A stretch of 64,000 nucleotides of DNA from an uncultured Clostridia bacterium (GCA_947305675.1 CAMZED010000001.1:1589-65588), one strand, 5' to 3'; shown: positions 16,957 through 27,353, counted from the first letter of the stretch. Numbers and translations are program-made. The notes: a model not told the origin generated them from the sequence alone.

Positions 16957-17298
16957 TTGGATACTTTAAAAGCATTTACGAATGAGCAGTTAAAGAAGGA
17001 GGTTCCTCAGTTCGAGATCGGTGATACTGTTAAAGTTTACCAGAGGATCGTCGAAGGAACCAGAGTCAGAACTCAGATCTTTGAAGGAACGGTTATCGCC
17101 AAGAAAAACGGCGGTATATCCGAAACCTTCACCGTAAGACGCGTTTCTTACGGCGTCGGCACCGAAAAGACTTTCCCGCTTCATTCCCCGAACGTCCAGA
17201 ACGTCGAGGTAGTAAGAGTCGGTAAGGTCCGCCGCGCTAAGCTTTATTATCTGCGCGACAGAGTCGGTAAATACGCCAAGGTCAAGGAAAAAATCTAA
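16957..17298 (+). CDS. rplS: 50S ribosomal protein L19 (TTG start)
   Basis: [55 protein letters not shown] lies 7 nt upstream. Confidence 0.95.
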   Translation: MDTLKAFTNEQLKKEVPQFEIGDTVKVYQRIVEGTRVRTQIFEGTVIAKKNGGISETFTVRRVSYGVGTEKTFPLHSPNVQNVEVVRVGKVRRAKLYYLRDRVGKYAKVKEKI

Positions 17299-17338
17299 AG
17301 ACTCAAATCGCCCCGCTCCGGCGGGGAACCGCAAATCA

Positions 17339-17374
17339 AGTGTCTGCGCGTACCGCAGGCACTTTTGCTTATTT
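17339..17374 (+). terminator. rplS terminator
   Basis: AGTGTCTGCG / CGCAGGCACT 10-bp stem (one G-U pair), then TTTTGCTTATTT. Confidence 0.65.
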
Positions 17375-17416
17375 CAGCCCGGCTTTATACGGGCGCAGAA
17401 AAGAAGGATACCGCCG

Positions 17417-18103
17417 ATGAACGATGAAAACAAAGAATTAGATCCCGTCGAAACGGCAGACGAACTGCCCGAAATCGAAGAACCCCGGCATTCCGCCGCC
17501 GCGATCGAACTGCCGTCGGAAGCCGGATCCGCTCGCCCCGCGCGCGAGAAGGGAAAAGCGATAAAAACCGTTTACGATTACCTTGAAACGTTTTGCTTCG
17601 CTTTGGCGGCGATGATCGTTTTGTTCCTGTTTGTGTTCCGCGTCGTCACCGTCGACGGCGATTCGATGCGCGAAACGCTTCACGACGGCGACCGGCTTAT
17701 TATATCGAATATGTTTTACAGCCCGAAAACCGGCGATATTGTCGTTATCAACCCCGAAAACCACTCGGCGAGCGACGAACCGATAATAAAGCGCGTTATC
17801 GCCTCCGGCGGGCAGACCGTTTTTATCGATTACGAAAATTGGGAAGTCTATGTCGACGGCGAAAAGCTCGACGAACCCTATATTGCTCCGATGCGCGAAT
17901 TTTACGGCGGCACGATGAACGTTTCGACGGTGCCGGAGTTCCGCGGCGAGTTCGTGGTGGACGAGGGAAAGGTTTTCGTTATGGGCGACAACCGCAACAA
18001 CTCCACCGACAGCCGCTCGCCCAAATACGGCGAGATCGGCGAAAACCGCATTCTCGGCAGGGTGCTGTTCAGGCTTTATCCCGATATCGGATCGGTGGAG
18101 TAA
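17417..18103 (+). CDS. lepB: signal peptidase I
   Basis: GDSMRETLHDGDRLI (Ser box), KRVIASGGQTV, GDNRNNSTDSR. Has a long acidic N-terminal extension before the TM helix. Confidence 0.9.
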   Translation: MNDENKELDPVETADELPEIEEPRHSAAAIELPSEAGSARPAREKGKAIKTVYDYLETFCFALAAMIVLFLFVFRVVTVDGDSMRETLHDGDRLIISNMFYSPKTGDIVVINPENHSASDEPIIKRVIASGGQTVFIDYENWEVYVDGEKLDEPYIAPMREFYGGTMNVSTVPEFRGEFVVDEGKVFVMGDNRNNSTDSRSPKYGEIGENRILGRVLFRLYPDIGSVE

Positions 18104-18110
18104 AAAAGAA

Positions 18111-18965
18111 ATGAACGAGCTGATACAGAACATAAGCTGGTACCCCGGGCATATGGCGCGCGCAAAACGCAAGATCATCGAGGCTCTGCCCAACGTCGAT
18201 ATGGTCATCGAGCTGTTGGACGCACGCGCCCCGATATCGAGCCGCAACCCCGATTTTAAAAGCATTTTCAAAAACAAGCCCGTGCTTACGCTGCTCACAA
18301 AAAGCAGCCTTGCCGACCGGAACGCCACAGCGAGGTTCCTGCGCGAACTTTCGACGGAATCCGCGCGCGTGAGGGCGATCGACTGCAAAGTCGGTTACGG
18401 GATGAAAGATATAGCCCCCGCTATAAGAGAACTTATGGCGGAAAAACTCGCACGGGATGCGGCGAGAGGGATAAAAAGACCGATAAGGGCGATGGTCGTG
18501 GGGATAACGAATGTAGGGAAATCTACTTTTATCAACACGGTCTGCGGCGCAAAAAAAGCCGCGGCGGCGGATAAACCCGGCGTTACAAGGCAAAACGCGA
18601 GGATATCGGCGCCTTCGCTCGGACTGGAATTTACCGACACTCCCGGGCTTTTATGGCACAAGTTCGACGACAGGTCGGTGGGTGTGAAACTCGCCTGCCT
18701 CGGGTCGATCAACGACGACATACTCGATTCCTGGGGGCTTTCGCTGGAACTTATCGGGATTCTGAAAGAAAAATATCCCGAATGCCTTAAAACCCGGTTC
18801 AATATCGATTTTTCCGGTACCGAAGAAAGCGGCGTGATATTTGAGCTTATCGCCCGGAAGCGCGGGTTTATAAGGTCGGGCGGGGTTATCGACGAAGAAC
18901 GCGCCGCGAGCGTGATATTGGACGAATTCCGCGCCGGAAAGATCGGCATGATCACTCTGGATTAA
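18111..18965 (+). CDS. rbgA: ribosome biogenesis GTPase YlqF/RbgA
   Basis: WYPGHMARAKR..LDARAP..circularly permuted GTPase with NVGKSTFIN and DTPG. Confidence 0.9.
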   Translation: MNELIQNISWYPGHMARAKRKIIEALPNVDMVIELLDARAPISSRNPDFKSIFKNKPVLTLLTKSSLADRNATARFLRELSTESARVRAIDCKVGYGMKDIAPAIRELMAEKLARDAARGIKRPIRAMVVGITNVGKSTFINTVCGAKKAAAADKPGVTRQNARISAPSLGLEFTDTPGLLWHKFDDRSVGVKLACLGSINDDILDSWGLSLELIGILKEKYPECLKTRFNIDFSGTEESGVIFELIARKRGFIRSGGVIDEERAASVILDEFRAGKIGMITLD

Positions 18966-19009
18966 AAATTTCCGTCATCGGGAAGTAAAAATACGCAGGG
19001 AGGCAGGAT

Positions 19010-19645
19010 ATGGCCACACAACTCAGTTGGGAAACCGAATTTTCTCTTCGCACCGACGGGGCTTCCGTCGTCTGCGGCTGTGACGAAGCCGGCAGGGGCC
19101 CGCTTGCCGGTCCGGTGTTCGCCGCCGCGGTGATACTTCCGGACGGAGTGCAGATCGAAGGTCTGAACGATTCGAAAAAGTTAAGCGAAAAGAAGCGCGA
19201 ACAGCTTTACGACGAAATACGCGAAAAATGCGTGGACTGCGCCGTCGCACACGCCGAGGTATATGAAATCGAGGCGATAAACATACTTAACGCCTCGATG
19301 CTGGCAATGCGCCGGGCGATCGCCCAACTGCGCGTAAAGCCCGAATCGGCTTTGATCGACGGCAATATCGCGCGCGATTTCCCCATCCCGGCTTATCCCG
19401 TGGTGAAGGGCGACGGAAAATGTCCGTCGATCGCCGCGGCTTCGGTGCTGGCAAAGGTCGAACGCGACAGGTTCTGTAAAGAGTTAGACGGATTTTACCC
19501 GGAATACGGTTTCGCCGTACACAAAGGTTACGCCACAAAAGCGCATATCGCCGCCATATTAAAATACGGTCCCTGCCCCGCGCACAGAACCTCGTTCCTG
19601 CGCAAAATATTAAAAGATATCGGCCAGCAGGATATTTGGGAATGA
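19010..19645 (+). CDS. rnhB: ribonuclease HII
   Basis: CGCDEAGRGPLAGPV..DSKKLS..ASVLAKVERD. Confidence 0.9.
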   Translation: MATQLSWETEFSLRTDGASVVCGCDEAGRGPLAGPVFAAAVILPDGVQIEGLNDSKKLSEKKREQLYDEIREKCVDCAVAHAEVYEIEAINILNASMLAMRRAIAQLRVKPESALIDGNIARDFPIPAYPVVKGDGKCPSIAAASVLAKVERDRFCKELDGFYPEYGFAVHKGYATKAHIAAILKYGPCPAHRTSFLRKILKDIGQQDIWE

Positions 19646-20061
19646 TGAAAAAGACGGCAAGGAACATCGGCGCGGAAGGTGAGGATATCGCCGGCAAATA
19701 TCTTGAAAAACGCGGCTGGCGGCTGATCGCGCGGAATTATTCCGCCGGCGGCGGCGAGATAGATATTATCGGATTCCGGTTCGGAACGCTTGCTTATTTC
19801 GAGGTCAAGACCCGCTCCAACGACAAATTCGGGCGCCCCGCCGACGCGGTCGACCGGGCGAAGATATCCCGCATAAAAAAAGCGGTTTTCGCTTTTCGCG
19901 CGGCGAATATGTCGGGCGGCAAAGTCCCGGTGTTTTATCCGTGCGGGATAACGCTGAACCGGCGCGTAAGCCGCCAGACAATAGATATAATCGAAGTTTA
20001 TCTCGACCGCTTCGGCGGTACCGAAAAGATCAATCACATCAAGGAAGCCGAATCGCTATGA
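19636..20061 (+). CDS. yraN: YraN-family (UPF0102) endonuclease-like protein
   Basis: GEDIAGKYLEKRGWRLIARNY..GEIDIIGF....FEVKTR. Confidence 0.85.
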   Translation: MGMMKKTARNIGAEGEDIAGKYLEKRGWRLIARNYSAGGGEIDIIGFRFGTLAYFEVKTRSNDKFGRPADAVDRAKISRIKKAVFAFRAANMSGGKVPVFYPCGITLNRRVSRQTIDIIEVYLDRFGGTEKINHIKEAESL

Positions 20062-21575
20062 AAAAAGAAGATATCGAACACTTCGCCGTCAACCGCGGAA
20101 ACGTCTTATATGTAAGCACCCGCGGCGGCAAAAACAGTTATTCCTCCGCGGAGGTGATAAAAAAAGGCATCGCGGACGACGGCGGGCTTTTTATCCCGAC
20201 GGCTGTGCGTGACCTTTATTGCGATCTCGAACGGCTTTGCGGAATGGATTACCCGGACAGAGCCGCGGCGGTGCTTTCGGCTTTTCTTACCGATTACCCT
20301 CTCTGCAAACTTATCGACGCCGCCCGCGCGGCGTACTCGCCCGAAAAATTCAACGGTCCGGCGGCTCCGATCGCCAAAGTCGGAAGCGATTATTTTCTGG
20401 AGCTCTGGCACGGCCCGACGAGCGCTTTTAAAGATATGGCGCTGCAGATAATGCCGCGCCTGCTTTCGCTTGCACTGGATATGACCGGAGAGGAAAAAGA
20501 CGCATATATACTCGTCGCCACCAGCGGCGACACCGGAAAAGCCGCGCTTGAAGGCTACAAAGACGTCCCGCGCGTGAAGATAAAAGTTTTTTACCCGGCA
20601 AACGGGGTCTCGAACATACAAAAGCGGCAGATGAGTTCGCAGACCGGCGAAAACGTCGACGTGGTGGCGATAAACGGCAATTTTGACGACGCGCAAACCG
20701 GCGTAAAGGCGATCTTCAACGATCCCGACTGCCGCGCCGCCGCAGAGGAAAAGGGCTTTTTCTTCTCGAGCGCCAACTCCATCAACTGGGGCAGGCTTGC
20801 GCCGCAGACGGCTTATTATATCTCGGCATACTGCGACCTTGTGAACGAAAAACAGATCGAGCCCGGCGAAAAGATCGATTTTGTCGTTCCGACGGGCAAC
20901 TTCGGCAACATTTTCGCCGCATACATCGCCAAAAGCTGCGGGTTCCCCATCGGGAAGCTCGTCTGCGCCTCAAACCGCAACAACGTGCTTACCGACTTTT
21001 TCAACACCGGTATATATGATCGCCGCCGCGAATTTTTCACGACCGAATCGCCCTCGATGGACATACTTATATCAAGCAACCTCGAACGCCTGCTTTACAG
21101 TGCGTTCGGCGCGGAACAGACCGCGGCTTATATGAGCGATCTTTCGAAAAACGGGTTTTATAAGCTCGACGGCGAAAAACTGCGGCTGCTTCGCCGTGAT
21201 TTCACGGGGTATTATTGCGACGGCGACGGCACTTCGGCGGCAATACGCGGCATTTTTGAAAAATTCGGTTATCTTTGCGATCCGCATACCGCCGTGGCGG
21301 CGGCTTGCGCCGAAAAATACCGTCGTTCCGATGAATACGGCGGGAACAAGATAGTGGTGGTATCGACCGCTTCGCCTTATAAATTCGCTCCGGCGGTGCT
21401 TTCGGCGCTGGGTAAAGACGTCCCGCCGGACGATTTCGACGCGCTCGACGGGCTTTATCGCGCGACGGGCGTCGCCGTGCCGGAAAACCTCGCCTCGCTC
21501 AGAACGTCAAATGTCAGGTTCGACCGCGCCGTCGATCCTGAAGATATGGCGATGACGGTGATCGCCGACGCCTGA
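20058..21575 (+). CDS. thrC: threonine synthase
   Basis: YVSTRGG..GGLFIP..HGPTSAFKDMALQ (PLP lysine)..ATSGDTG. Start moved to ATG 20058 (ATGA overlap with yraN). Confidence 0.85.
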   Translation: MKKEDIEHFAVNRGNVLYVSTRGGKNSYSSAEVIKKGIADDGGLFIPTAVRDLYCDLERLCGMDYPDRAAAVLSAFLTDYPLCKLIDAARAAYSPEKFNGPAAPIAKVGSDYFLELWHGPTSAFKDMALQIMPRLLSLALDMTGEEKDAYILVATSGDTGKAALEGYKDVPRVKIKVFYPANGVSNIQKRQMSSQTGENVDVVAINGNFDDAQTGVKAIFNDPDCRAAAEEKGFFFSSANSINWGRLAPQTAYYISAYCDLVNEKQIEPGEKIDFVVPTGNFGNIFAAYIAKSCGFPIGKLVCASNRNNVLTDFFNTGIYDRRREFFTTESPSMDILISSNLERLLYSAFGAEQTAAYMSDLSKNGFYKLDGEKLRLLRRDFTGYYCDGDGTSAAIRGIFEKFGYLCDPHTAVAAACAEKYRRSDEYGGNKIVVVSTASPYKFAPAVLSALGKDVPPDDFDALDGLYRATGVAVPENLASLRTSNVRFDRAVDPEDMAMTVIADA

Positions 21576-21599
21576 AAAAAATCCCCGCCGACGCGGGGG
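21575..21599 (-). terminator. terminator of the DUF1540 gene
   Basis: Minus strand: CCCCGCGTCGGCGGGG hairpin followed by ATTTTTTT. Confidence 0.6.
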
Positions 21600-21607
21600 T
21601 AAAGGGA

Positions 21608-21790
21608 TCAACGGTTTTTCGGTTTGAAAGTCGCGCAGACCGTCTGCGTGCTGTTTGTGGCGGTGGCGGGTCCGACGGCGATCTTTTCCGCCGTGCAATA
21701 GCGGATCCCGTCGTGATAAGCGCAATTCACCGCGCTGCAGGTTATGCCGCGGTTGTGCTTCGGCGCTTTGTTGAAAGTGATCGAATCCAT
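21608..21790 (-). CDS. DUF1540-domain small Cys-rich protein
   Basis: ITCSAVNCAYHDG..YCTAEKIAVG...CATF is the DUF1540 pattern. Confidence 0.7.
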   Translation of the reverse strand: MDSITFNKAPKHNRGITCSAVNCAYHDGIRYCTAEKIAVGPATATNSTQTVCATFKPKNR

Positions 21791-21894
21791 GGATCTGACT
21801 CCTTTTATTCCGTTTGATTTTTTGCGAAGGCGTTTTCGCCCCGCTTATTGAGTTTTCCCCGAAACCTTCTCGATTATTTACAAAGGAAGAACAA

Positions 21895-22620
21895 ATGTCT
21901 CTTTTTACGATCGCCGACCTTCATCTTTCCTATACCTCGAATAAACCGATGGATATATTCGGCCCGAAGTGGGCAAACCACGCCGAACGCCTGCGCGCAA
22001 ACTGGCAGGCGAAGGTAAAGCCGCGGGACACCGTCGTTATCGGCGGCGACGTTTCGTGGGGGATGCGCATCGACGACGCAAAAGCCGACCTGGCTTTTAT
22101 CGAATCGCTCAACGGCAAAAAAATAATCGTCAAAGGCAACCACGATTTCTGGTGGGCGACGATGAAAAAACTGTATGAATTCCGTGATTCGCTCGGCGCG
22201 GAAAGCATCGACTTCCTTTTTAACAACGCCTATTACGCCGAAGGATTCATTATTTGCGGAACGCGCGGCTGGTTTCCGGAGGACAATTACAGCCCCGACG
22301 ACGAAAAAATCGTGAACCGCGAGGCGGAACGGCTGCGCACCTCGATCTTAAAAGGTCTGGAATTAAAAAAAGAACATCCCGAAAGCGAACTTCTGGTCTT
22401 TTTGCATTATCCTCCGGCATACGGCGGGCTGCAATGCAGACGGATCTGCGAAGTGATAAACGAATACGGCGTTAAAAGGGTCTTTTACGGCCATATACAC
22501 GGCGCGCAGAAATCGCTGCTCGTCCCGCAGACGGCGGGGGCGAACCTTTATCTGACCGCCGGAGACTGGCTTGATTTCGATCCGGCGGAGATAAAACCCT
22601 GCCGCTTTATTACAGTCTGA
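21895..22620 (+). CDS. metallophosphoesterase
   Basis: LFTIADLHLS..GGDVSW..KGNHDFWW..GHIHG. Start moved to ATG 21895 after AAAGGAAG. Confidence 0.8.
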   Translation: MSLFTIADLHLSYTSNKPMDIFGPKWANHAERLRANWQAKVKPRDTVVIGGDVSWGMRIDDAKADLAFIESLNGKKIIVKGNHDFWWATMKKLYEFRDSLGAESIDFLFNNAYYAEGFIICGTRGWFPEDNYSPDDEKIVNREAERLRTSILKGLELKKEHPESELLVFLHYPPAYGGLQCRRICEVINEYGVKRVFYGHIHGAQKSLLVPQTAGANLYLTAGDWLDFDPAEIKPCRFITV

Positions 22621-22740
22621 GCAGAGTGCAGACAAAGCGGCTATTTACGCACCGATACGGCACGAATGACGTAAATTGCCCGAACAAAAAAACGCAAAGG
22701 GGTACGGATAAACCGCCCCTTATCTTTTTGCCGAAAGCAC

Positions 22741-22768
22741 TTGATTTTTATTGCCGGTATGCTATAAT
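22741..22768 (+). promoter_or_regulatory. sigma-A promoter of nagA-ROK
   Basis: TTGATT (22741-22746), 16 nt, TGC-TATAAT (22763-22768). Confidence 0.6.
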
Positions 22769-22802
22769 TATAAATGAAATATTATGTTTGGAGCAGTTGA
22801 AA

Positions 22803-23942
22803 ATGAAAGCGATCATCAACGGAAAAATCATTCTAAGCGACCGGATCGTCGAAGGCGGCGTTTTGCTGTTCTCCGACGTTTTTGAGGGCATAGTCGACAG
22901 CGGCAGCATCCCCGAAGGAGCCGAAGTGATCGACGCCAAAGGCGGCTACGTCGCCCCCGGACTTATCGACCTTCACATCCACGGTTATCTCGGAAAAGAC
23001 GTTTGCGACGGCGAAGAGGAAAGCATACGCGTTATATCCAAAGGCCTGCTTGCCAACGGTGTGACGGGATATCTGCCGACGACGATGACCGTCGATATGA
23101 AAGTTATCAAAAAAGCGCTTGAAGTCTGCCGCGCTCTTAAAGACGAGAGCAGAGATTGGGACGGATGCGCCATACTCGGCGTACACGCCGAAGGCCCTTT
23201 TATAAGCGAGAAGAAAAAAGGCGCCCAGGACCCGAAATATATCCTTAAGCCCGACGCGAAGTTTGTTAAAGAATACGCCGATATAATAAAGATAATCACG
23301 CTTGCGCCGGAAGAGGACGAGGATTTCGCCGCCATAAAAGAGATCCGCCGTGATACCGACGTTATCATGTCGATGGGACACACCAGCGCCGATTACGCCA
23401 CCGCACTCAAAAGCACCGAGCTCGGCATTCGCCACGTTACGCACCTTTTCAACGCAATGTCTCCGCTTGCGCACAGGGCGCCGGGCGTCGTTACCGCCGC
23501 GCTTAACAGCGACGTGACCGCCGAACTTATTGTCGACACCTTCCACGTCAATCCCGCTTTTTACGATATGATCTATAAACTCAAGGGCCGCAGGCTCTGC
23601 TTTATCACCGACTGTCTCCCGGCGGGCGGTCTTCCGTTCGGCGAATATACGCTCGGCGGAACGAAGATCATCTATCGCGATATAGTCTGCCGCCTCGAGG
23701 ACGGCACCGTCGCGGGGAGCGTGCTTCACCTTAACAAAGGCGTCTGGAATGTTTATACCAATTCTTCGATCCCGCTGTGGGAATGCGTGAACTGCGCTTC
23801 GCTCAACCCGGCGACAAGGTTGGGTCTGCAGGATAAAAAAGGCTCGATCGAAGTGGGTAAAGACGCCGACGTTATTATAACCGACGGCGAATTTGAAGTT
23901 CAAAAAACATTTATCGGAGGAAAACTGAAATATGAAGCTTAA
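22803..23942 (+). CDS. nagA: N-acetylglucosamine-6-phosphate deacetylase
   Basis: APGLIDLHIHGYLGKD..HAEGPFIS..MGHTSA..HLFNAM. Start moved to ATG 22803. Confidence 0.85.
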   Translation: MKAIINGKIILSDRIVEGGVLLFSDVFEGIVDSGSIPEGAEVIDAKGGYVAPGLIDLHIHGYLGKDVCDGEEESIRVISKGLLANGVTGYLPTTMTVDMKVIKKALEVCRALKDESRDWDGCAILGVHAEGPFISEKKKGAQDPKYILKPDAKFVKEYADIIKIITLAPEEDEDFAAIKEIRRDTDVIMSMGHTSADYATALKSTELGIRHVTHLFNAMSPLAHRAPGVVTAALNSDVTAELIVDTFHVNPAFYDMIYKLKGRRLCFITDCLPAGGLPFGEYTLGGTKIIYRDIVCRLEDGTVAGSVLHLNKGVWNVYTNSSIPLWECVNCASLNPATRLGLQDKKGSIEVGKDADVIITDGEFEVQKTFIGGKLKYEA

Positions 23943-25311
23943 AGTAAACGCAAAACTCGACGAACAGTTTATCCCGCTTGCGCTGGTAGTGCGCGAAATG
24001 CGCGAAAAGACCGAAAAAGACGGTCAGGATCTGGTTATCGGCGTTCAAAGGAACAAAGGCTATATCACCACATATAAAACCCGCATCTTCAAAGACGGGA
24101 CCGGTCACGACGAAGAAAATTTTGCATTTGTCGAACGTATGGCAAAGGCCTTGCTCTGGGTTGTCGGCGGATACAAAATAATCATCGCCGGAAGCGAAGT
24201 CGTCGGAAACAAAATAAAACAGGCTTATACCGATGGCGGTCTGCGCGATTTCGACGTTCATTTTATGGAACGCGTTTACGAAAGGCCTTTCGAGGTGGAA
24301 GTGCGTCCCCTCTCCGAAGCGCCCGTCGATTACGAAGCCGCCGCGCCCGTCGGCAGGCATCTTGACGGCTGCCGCATCGGCTTTGACGCCGGCGGAAGCG
24401 ACCGCAAAGTGAGCGCAGTTATCGACGGCGAAAGCGTTTATTCCGAAGAAGTCGTCTGGTTCCCCAAAACCAATTCCGATCCGGAATATCACTATCAGGG
24501 GATACTCGAGGCGATGAAGACCGCCGCTTCGCATATGCCGCGCGTCGACGCGATCGGCGTTTCGAGCGCCGGCGTTTATATCGACAACCGCATAATGGTC
24601 GCTTCGCTGTTCCTTAAAGTCAGCGACGAGGATTTTGACAGACGCGTTAAGAATATGTATCTTGACGTTGCAAAAGAACTCGGCGAGAACATTCCCATTG
24701 AGGTCGCCAACGACGGCGACGTCACCGCGCTTGCCGGCGCGATGGATCTTAACGACGATTCGGTGCTCGGCGTTGCGATGGGCACCTCCGAAGCCGGCGG
24801 TTACGTCGATCCTCAGGGCAACATAACCGGATGGCTCAACGAGCTTGCGTTCGTCCCGGTGGATTACTGCAAAAACGCGATGGTCGACGAATGGTCCGGC
24901 GATTATGGCTGCGGAGTAAAATATTTCTCTCAGGACGGCGTTATAAAACTTGCGCCCGCCGCCGGGATAGAACTTGACGAATCGCTTTCCCCCGCCGAAA
25001 AACTCAAAGTGGTCCAGGGCCTTATGAAGCAAGGCGACGAACGCGCCGCCGCGATCTATGATACGATCGGCGCTTATTTCGGCTATGCGATCGCGTTCTA
25101 TTCCGAATTTTACGACATAAAACACGTCCTCATCATGGGGCGCGTCACCTCCGGAGAAGGCGGAGTCATACTCCTCTCCCGCGCCCAGGAAGTGCTCGAT
25201 AAAGAATTCCCCGAGCTTGCAAAGAAGATCCGCCTCCACATCCCGGACGAAAGCTCGCGCAGGGTCGGTCAGTCCGTCGCCGCCGCAAGCCTTCCCGAAC
25301 TCCGCAAATAA
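23932..25311 (+). CDS. ROK-family sugar kinase-like protein with an N-terminal extension
   Basis: ROK-like IGFDAGGSD, GVSSAGVYID and ANDGDVTALAGA segments. 11-nt overlap with nagA suggests an amino-sugar kinase role. Confidence 0.6.
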   Translation: MKLKVNAKLDEQFIPLALVVREMREKTEKDGQDLVIGVQRNKGYITTYKTRIFKDGTGHDEENFAFVERMAKALLWVVGGYKIIIAGSEVVGNKIKQAYTDGGLRDFDVHFMERVYERPFEVEVRPLSEAPVDYEAAAPVGRHLDGCRIGFDAGGSDRKVSAVIDGESVYSEEVVWFPKTNSDPEYHYQGILEAMKTAASHMPRVDAIGVSSAGVYIDNRIMVASLFLKVSDEDFDRRVKNMYLDVAKELGENIPIEVANDGDVTALAGAMDLNDDSVLGVAMGTSEAGGYVDPQGNITGWLNELAFVPVDYCKNAMVDEWSGDYGCGVKYFSQDGVIKLAPAAGIELDESLSPAEKLKVVQGLMKQGDERAAAIYDTIGAYFGYAIAFYSEFYDIKHVLIMGRVTSGEGGVILLSRAQEVLDKEFPELAKKIRLHIPDESSRRVGQSVAAASLPELRK

Positions 25312-25330
25312 TTTGTAAACGACAAAACAT

Positions 25331-25364
25331 AAAAAACGTTTGCCTTTTGAGCAAACGTTTTTTA
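25331..25364. terminator. bidirectional terminator between the ROK and DUF4037 genes
   Basis: AAAAAACGTTTGC-cttttga-GCAAACGTTTTTT, a perfect 13-bp stem with A/T runs on both sides. Confidence 0.8.
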
Positions 25365-25373
25365 TACTTCGCT

Positions 25374-26330
25374 TTATACAGCGCTTTTTACAGTAAGCAA
25401 TATGTGTTCGTTGCGAAGACCGGGGTCCGCGATACCGTCGTTGACCGAATAAGCGTGCTTTTCAAGATCGCCGCAGACGGCGCCCGTAAGTCCCTGTTCC
25501 TGAAGCTCGCCGATTATCATTCCGGCGATATCCTCGATGACAAAGCCTTTTGTTTCGGCGTTTTCGGCGCCGTTGTCGGTGGTGAGCAGATATTCGAACG
25601 TTTCGGCAAACTGCGGGAATTTTTCCAACCCGCGCAAAGCCCTGAAGCTCCATTTGTAATACGGCATATACCTTCGGTTAAGCAGGAAAACGGCATGCAT
25701 CGCGTGGGTGACGAATAGGTTCGCGGCGAGCTGGGCGGCTCCGGTCTCGCCGTGTTTTATGCAGCGCGTATAGTTGTATTGCCCCGCCTGCGCCATCATA
25801 AGCAGGCTCCCCGCCAGTTTCTTTTTGAACACGTCGGAGGGATAATATGCAATCGATCGCCTTATTGCCGAAAAGACGCCGGAATCGTCGCGAAAGATCT
25901 CGCCGTTTGTCGCGGAGGCAAGAAAATGCTCCTCTATTCCCAGCCAATCCCCGAGCGTTTTAAGCCCGTCCGGTCTGCCGGTGAACTTTTTGTAAAAATC
26001 ACCGATGCGGATCACGCCGCGGCGGTTGCCTCCGACCGGGCTTAACCTTTGGCGCTTATAGCCGCGATACTCTTTCGGCAGCGAGGCGTAGGCGCGTTCA
26101 AGCCGGAATTCCGTGCGCGAATCGACTTTGTCCTCGCCGTCGGGGATAAAAAGGCAAAAGCCCGGTTCAAAATCGTGATCGGTCGATATCTCATCGTCAA
26201 ACCCGAAGCATTCCGACCCTTCTCCGACCAACCCGCAGGCGATAAAGCCTTCGAGCTCGGGAAAAAGATCTTTTATCATATCCCTGCCGAACTCTTCATA
26301 ATAACCGCGCGATAATTCAAGACCTTTCAT
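25374..26330 (-). CDS. DUF4037-like protein (nucleotidyltransferase-associated fold)
   Basis: GLVGEGSECFGFDDEISTDHDFEPGFCLF is recalled as typical of DUF4037 proteins. Unverified. Confidence 0.55.
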   Translation of the reverse strand: MKGLELSRGYYEEFGRDMIKDLFPELEGFIACGLVGEGSECFGFDDEISTDHDFEPGFCLFIPDGEDKVDSRTEFRLERAYASLPKEYRGYKRQRLSPVGGNRRGVIRIGDFYKKFTGRPDGLKTLGDWLGIEEHFLASATNGEIFRDDSGVFSAIRRSIAYYPSDVFKKKLAGSLLMMAQAGQYNYTRCIKHGETGAAQLAANLFVTHAMHAVFLLNRRYMPYYKWSFRALRGLEKFPQFAETFEYLLTTDNGAENAETKGFVIEDIAGMIIGELQEQGLTGAVCGDLEKHAYSVNDGIADPGLRNEHILLTVKSAV

Positions 26331-26345
26331 AACCGAATTCCCCGA

Positions 26346-27170
26346 TCAGCGGCATTCCGCCGCGCGCTTTTGAAGCTCCTGTGCATATGCGAACCAGCCG
26401 TAATATTCAAAAGTCGGCGCGCATTTGTCGCAATAAAAGGCGTAATACCCTTTTTTCGGCAGCGATTCGGTATCCATAAGCGATTCGGCTCTTTCCAAAA
26501 GCGCAGATATCTCCTCGGCTCCTTCCTCCAGCCCTTTGAGCGCTTCGACCGCGTTCGCCATATTAAGGCAGGTAACAGCCTGTTCAGCCTCGCAATGCTC
26601 GCGTTTTTTCATTACCCCGATCGCTTTTTCATAGAGATCGAAGGCTTCGTCGAACCGCTTTAAATCGACCAGCGCGAGCGCCATGTTGTTGTAAAGCCCG
26701 CCGAGCTTGTAGTCGTCAACGGGAAGTTTTTCCTCGTAAAGAGTTTTTGCGCGGGCATAAAGTTCCGCCGCGCGTTCGGACATACCGAAAGCCTTGCAGA
26801 CCGTCGCGGCGTTTAAAAGAGTCGTCGCCCCGGTGACGGTGCCTTCATAGCCGAAATCCGCGGCGATCTTCAATCCGCGTTCGGCGGCGTCAAGCGCTTT
26901 TTCCTTCATCCCCGCGTTGCGGTAAAGCCCCATCTCCTCGTTCACGATCGAAAGCAAACCGCCGTTGTCGCGCCCGAGTTCCGCCTCCCGCTCCCAATAT
27001 TTCAAATGCCTTTCGGCGCCGGAATAATCCTGCTTTGTAAGATATTCGTCGAGTTTTTCGATGATCCTGCGCAAAGGGACCGTTTCGGCAGGCGTTTTTT
27101 TGTCGCCGCCGCTCATATCCAACAGACAGCGCGGCTCTTCATAATCCTCGGGTCTGAGACGTTCGCTCAT
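26346..27170 (-). CDS. tetratricopeptide-repeat protein
   Basis: Repeated A/Y/L-rich 34-aa helical pairs (..LYNNMALALVDLKRFDEAFDLYEKAI..). Lies 15 nt upstream of the DUF4037 gene. Confidence 0.6.
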   Translation of the reverse strand: MSERLRPEDYEEPRCLLDMSGGDKKTPAETVPLRRIIEKLDEYLTKQDYSGAERHLKYWEREAELGRDNGGLLSIVNEEMGLYRNAGMKEKALDAAERGLKIAADFGYEGTVTGATTLLNAATVCKAFGMSERAAELYARAKTLYEEKLPVDDYKLGGLYNNMALALVDLKRFDEAFDLYEKAIGVMKKREHCEAEQAVTCLNMANAVEALKGLEEGAEEISALLERAESLMDTESLPKKGYYAFYCDKCAPTFEYYGWFAYAQELQKRAAECR

Positions 27171-27285
27171 TTCGTTACCGCCTTTCGCGTTTTTTTATAT
27201 TCTACAACATTCTGATCATTAATTCAACAACAATTTATCGCCGCCTGACCGTCAGCGCCCGTTTTAAAATTATTTGAAAAACCTA

Positions 27286-27330
27286 TTGACAAATATTGTC
27301 TAACGTGTTAGACTCTAATGCGTTAGACAA
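27286..27330 (+). promoter_or_regulatory. promoter plus operator of the BlaI-like regulator operon
   Basis: TTGACA (27286-27291), 17 nt, TAGACT (27309-27314). Palindrome GTCTAACGTGTTAGAC (27298-27313). 10-bp inverted repeat TTGTCTAACG (27296-27305) / CGTTAGACAA (27321-27330). Confidence 0.65.
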
Positions 27331-27353
27331 CATTGCTTTTAAGGAGTATTTTT

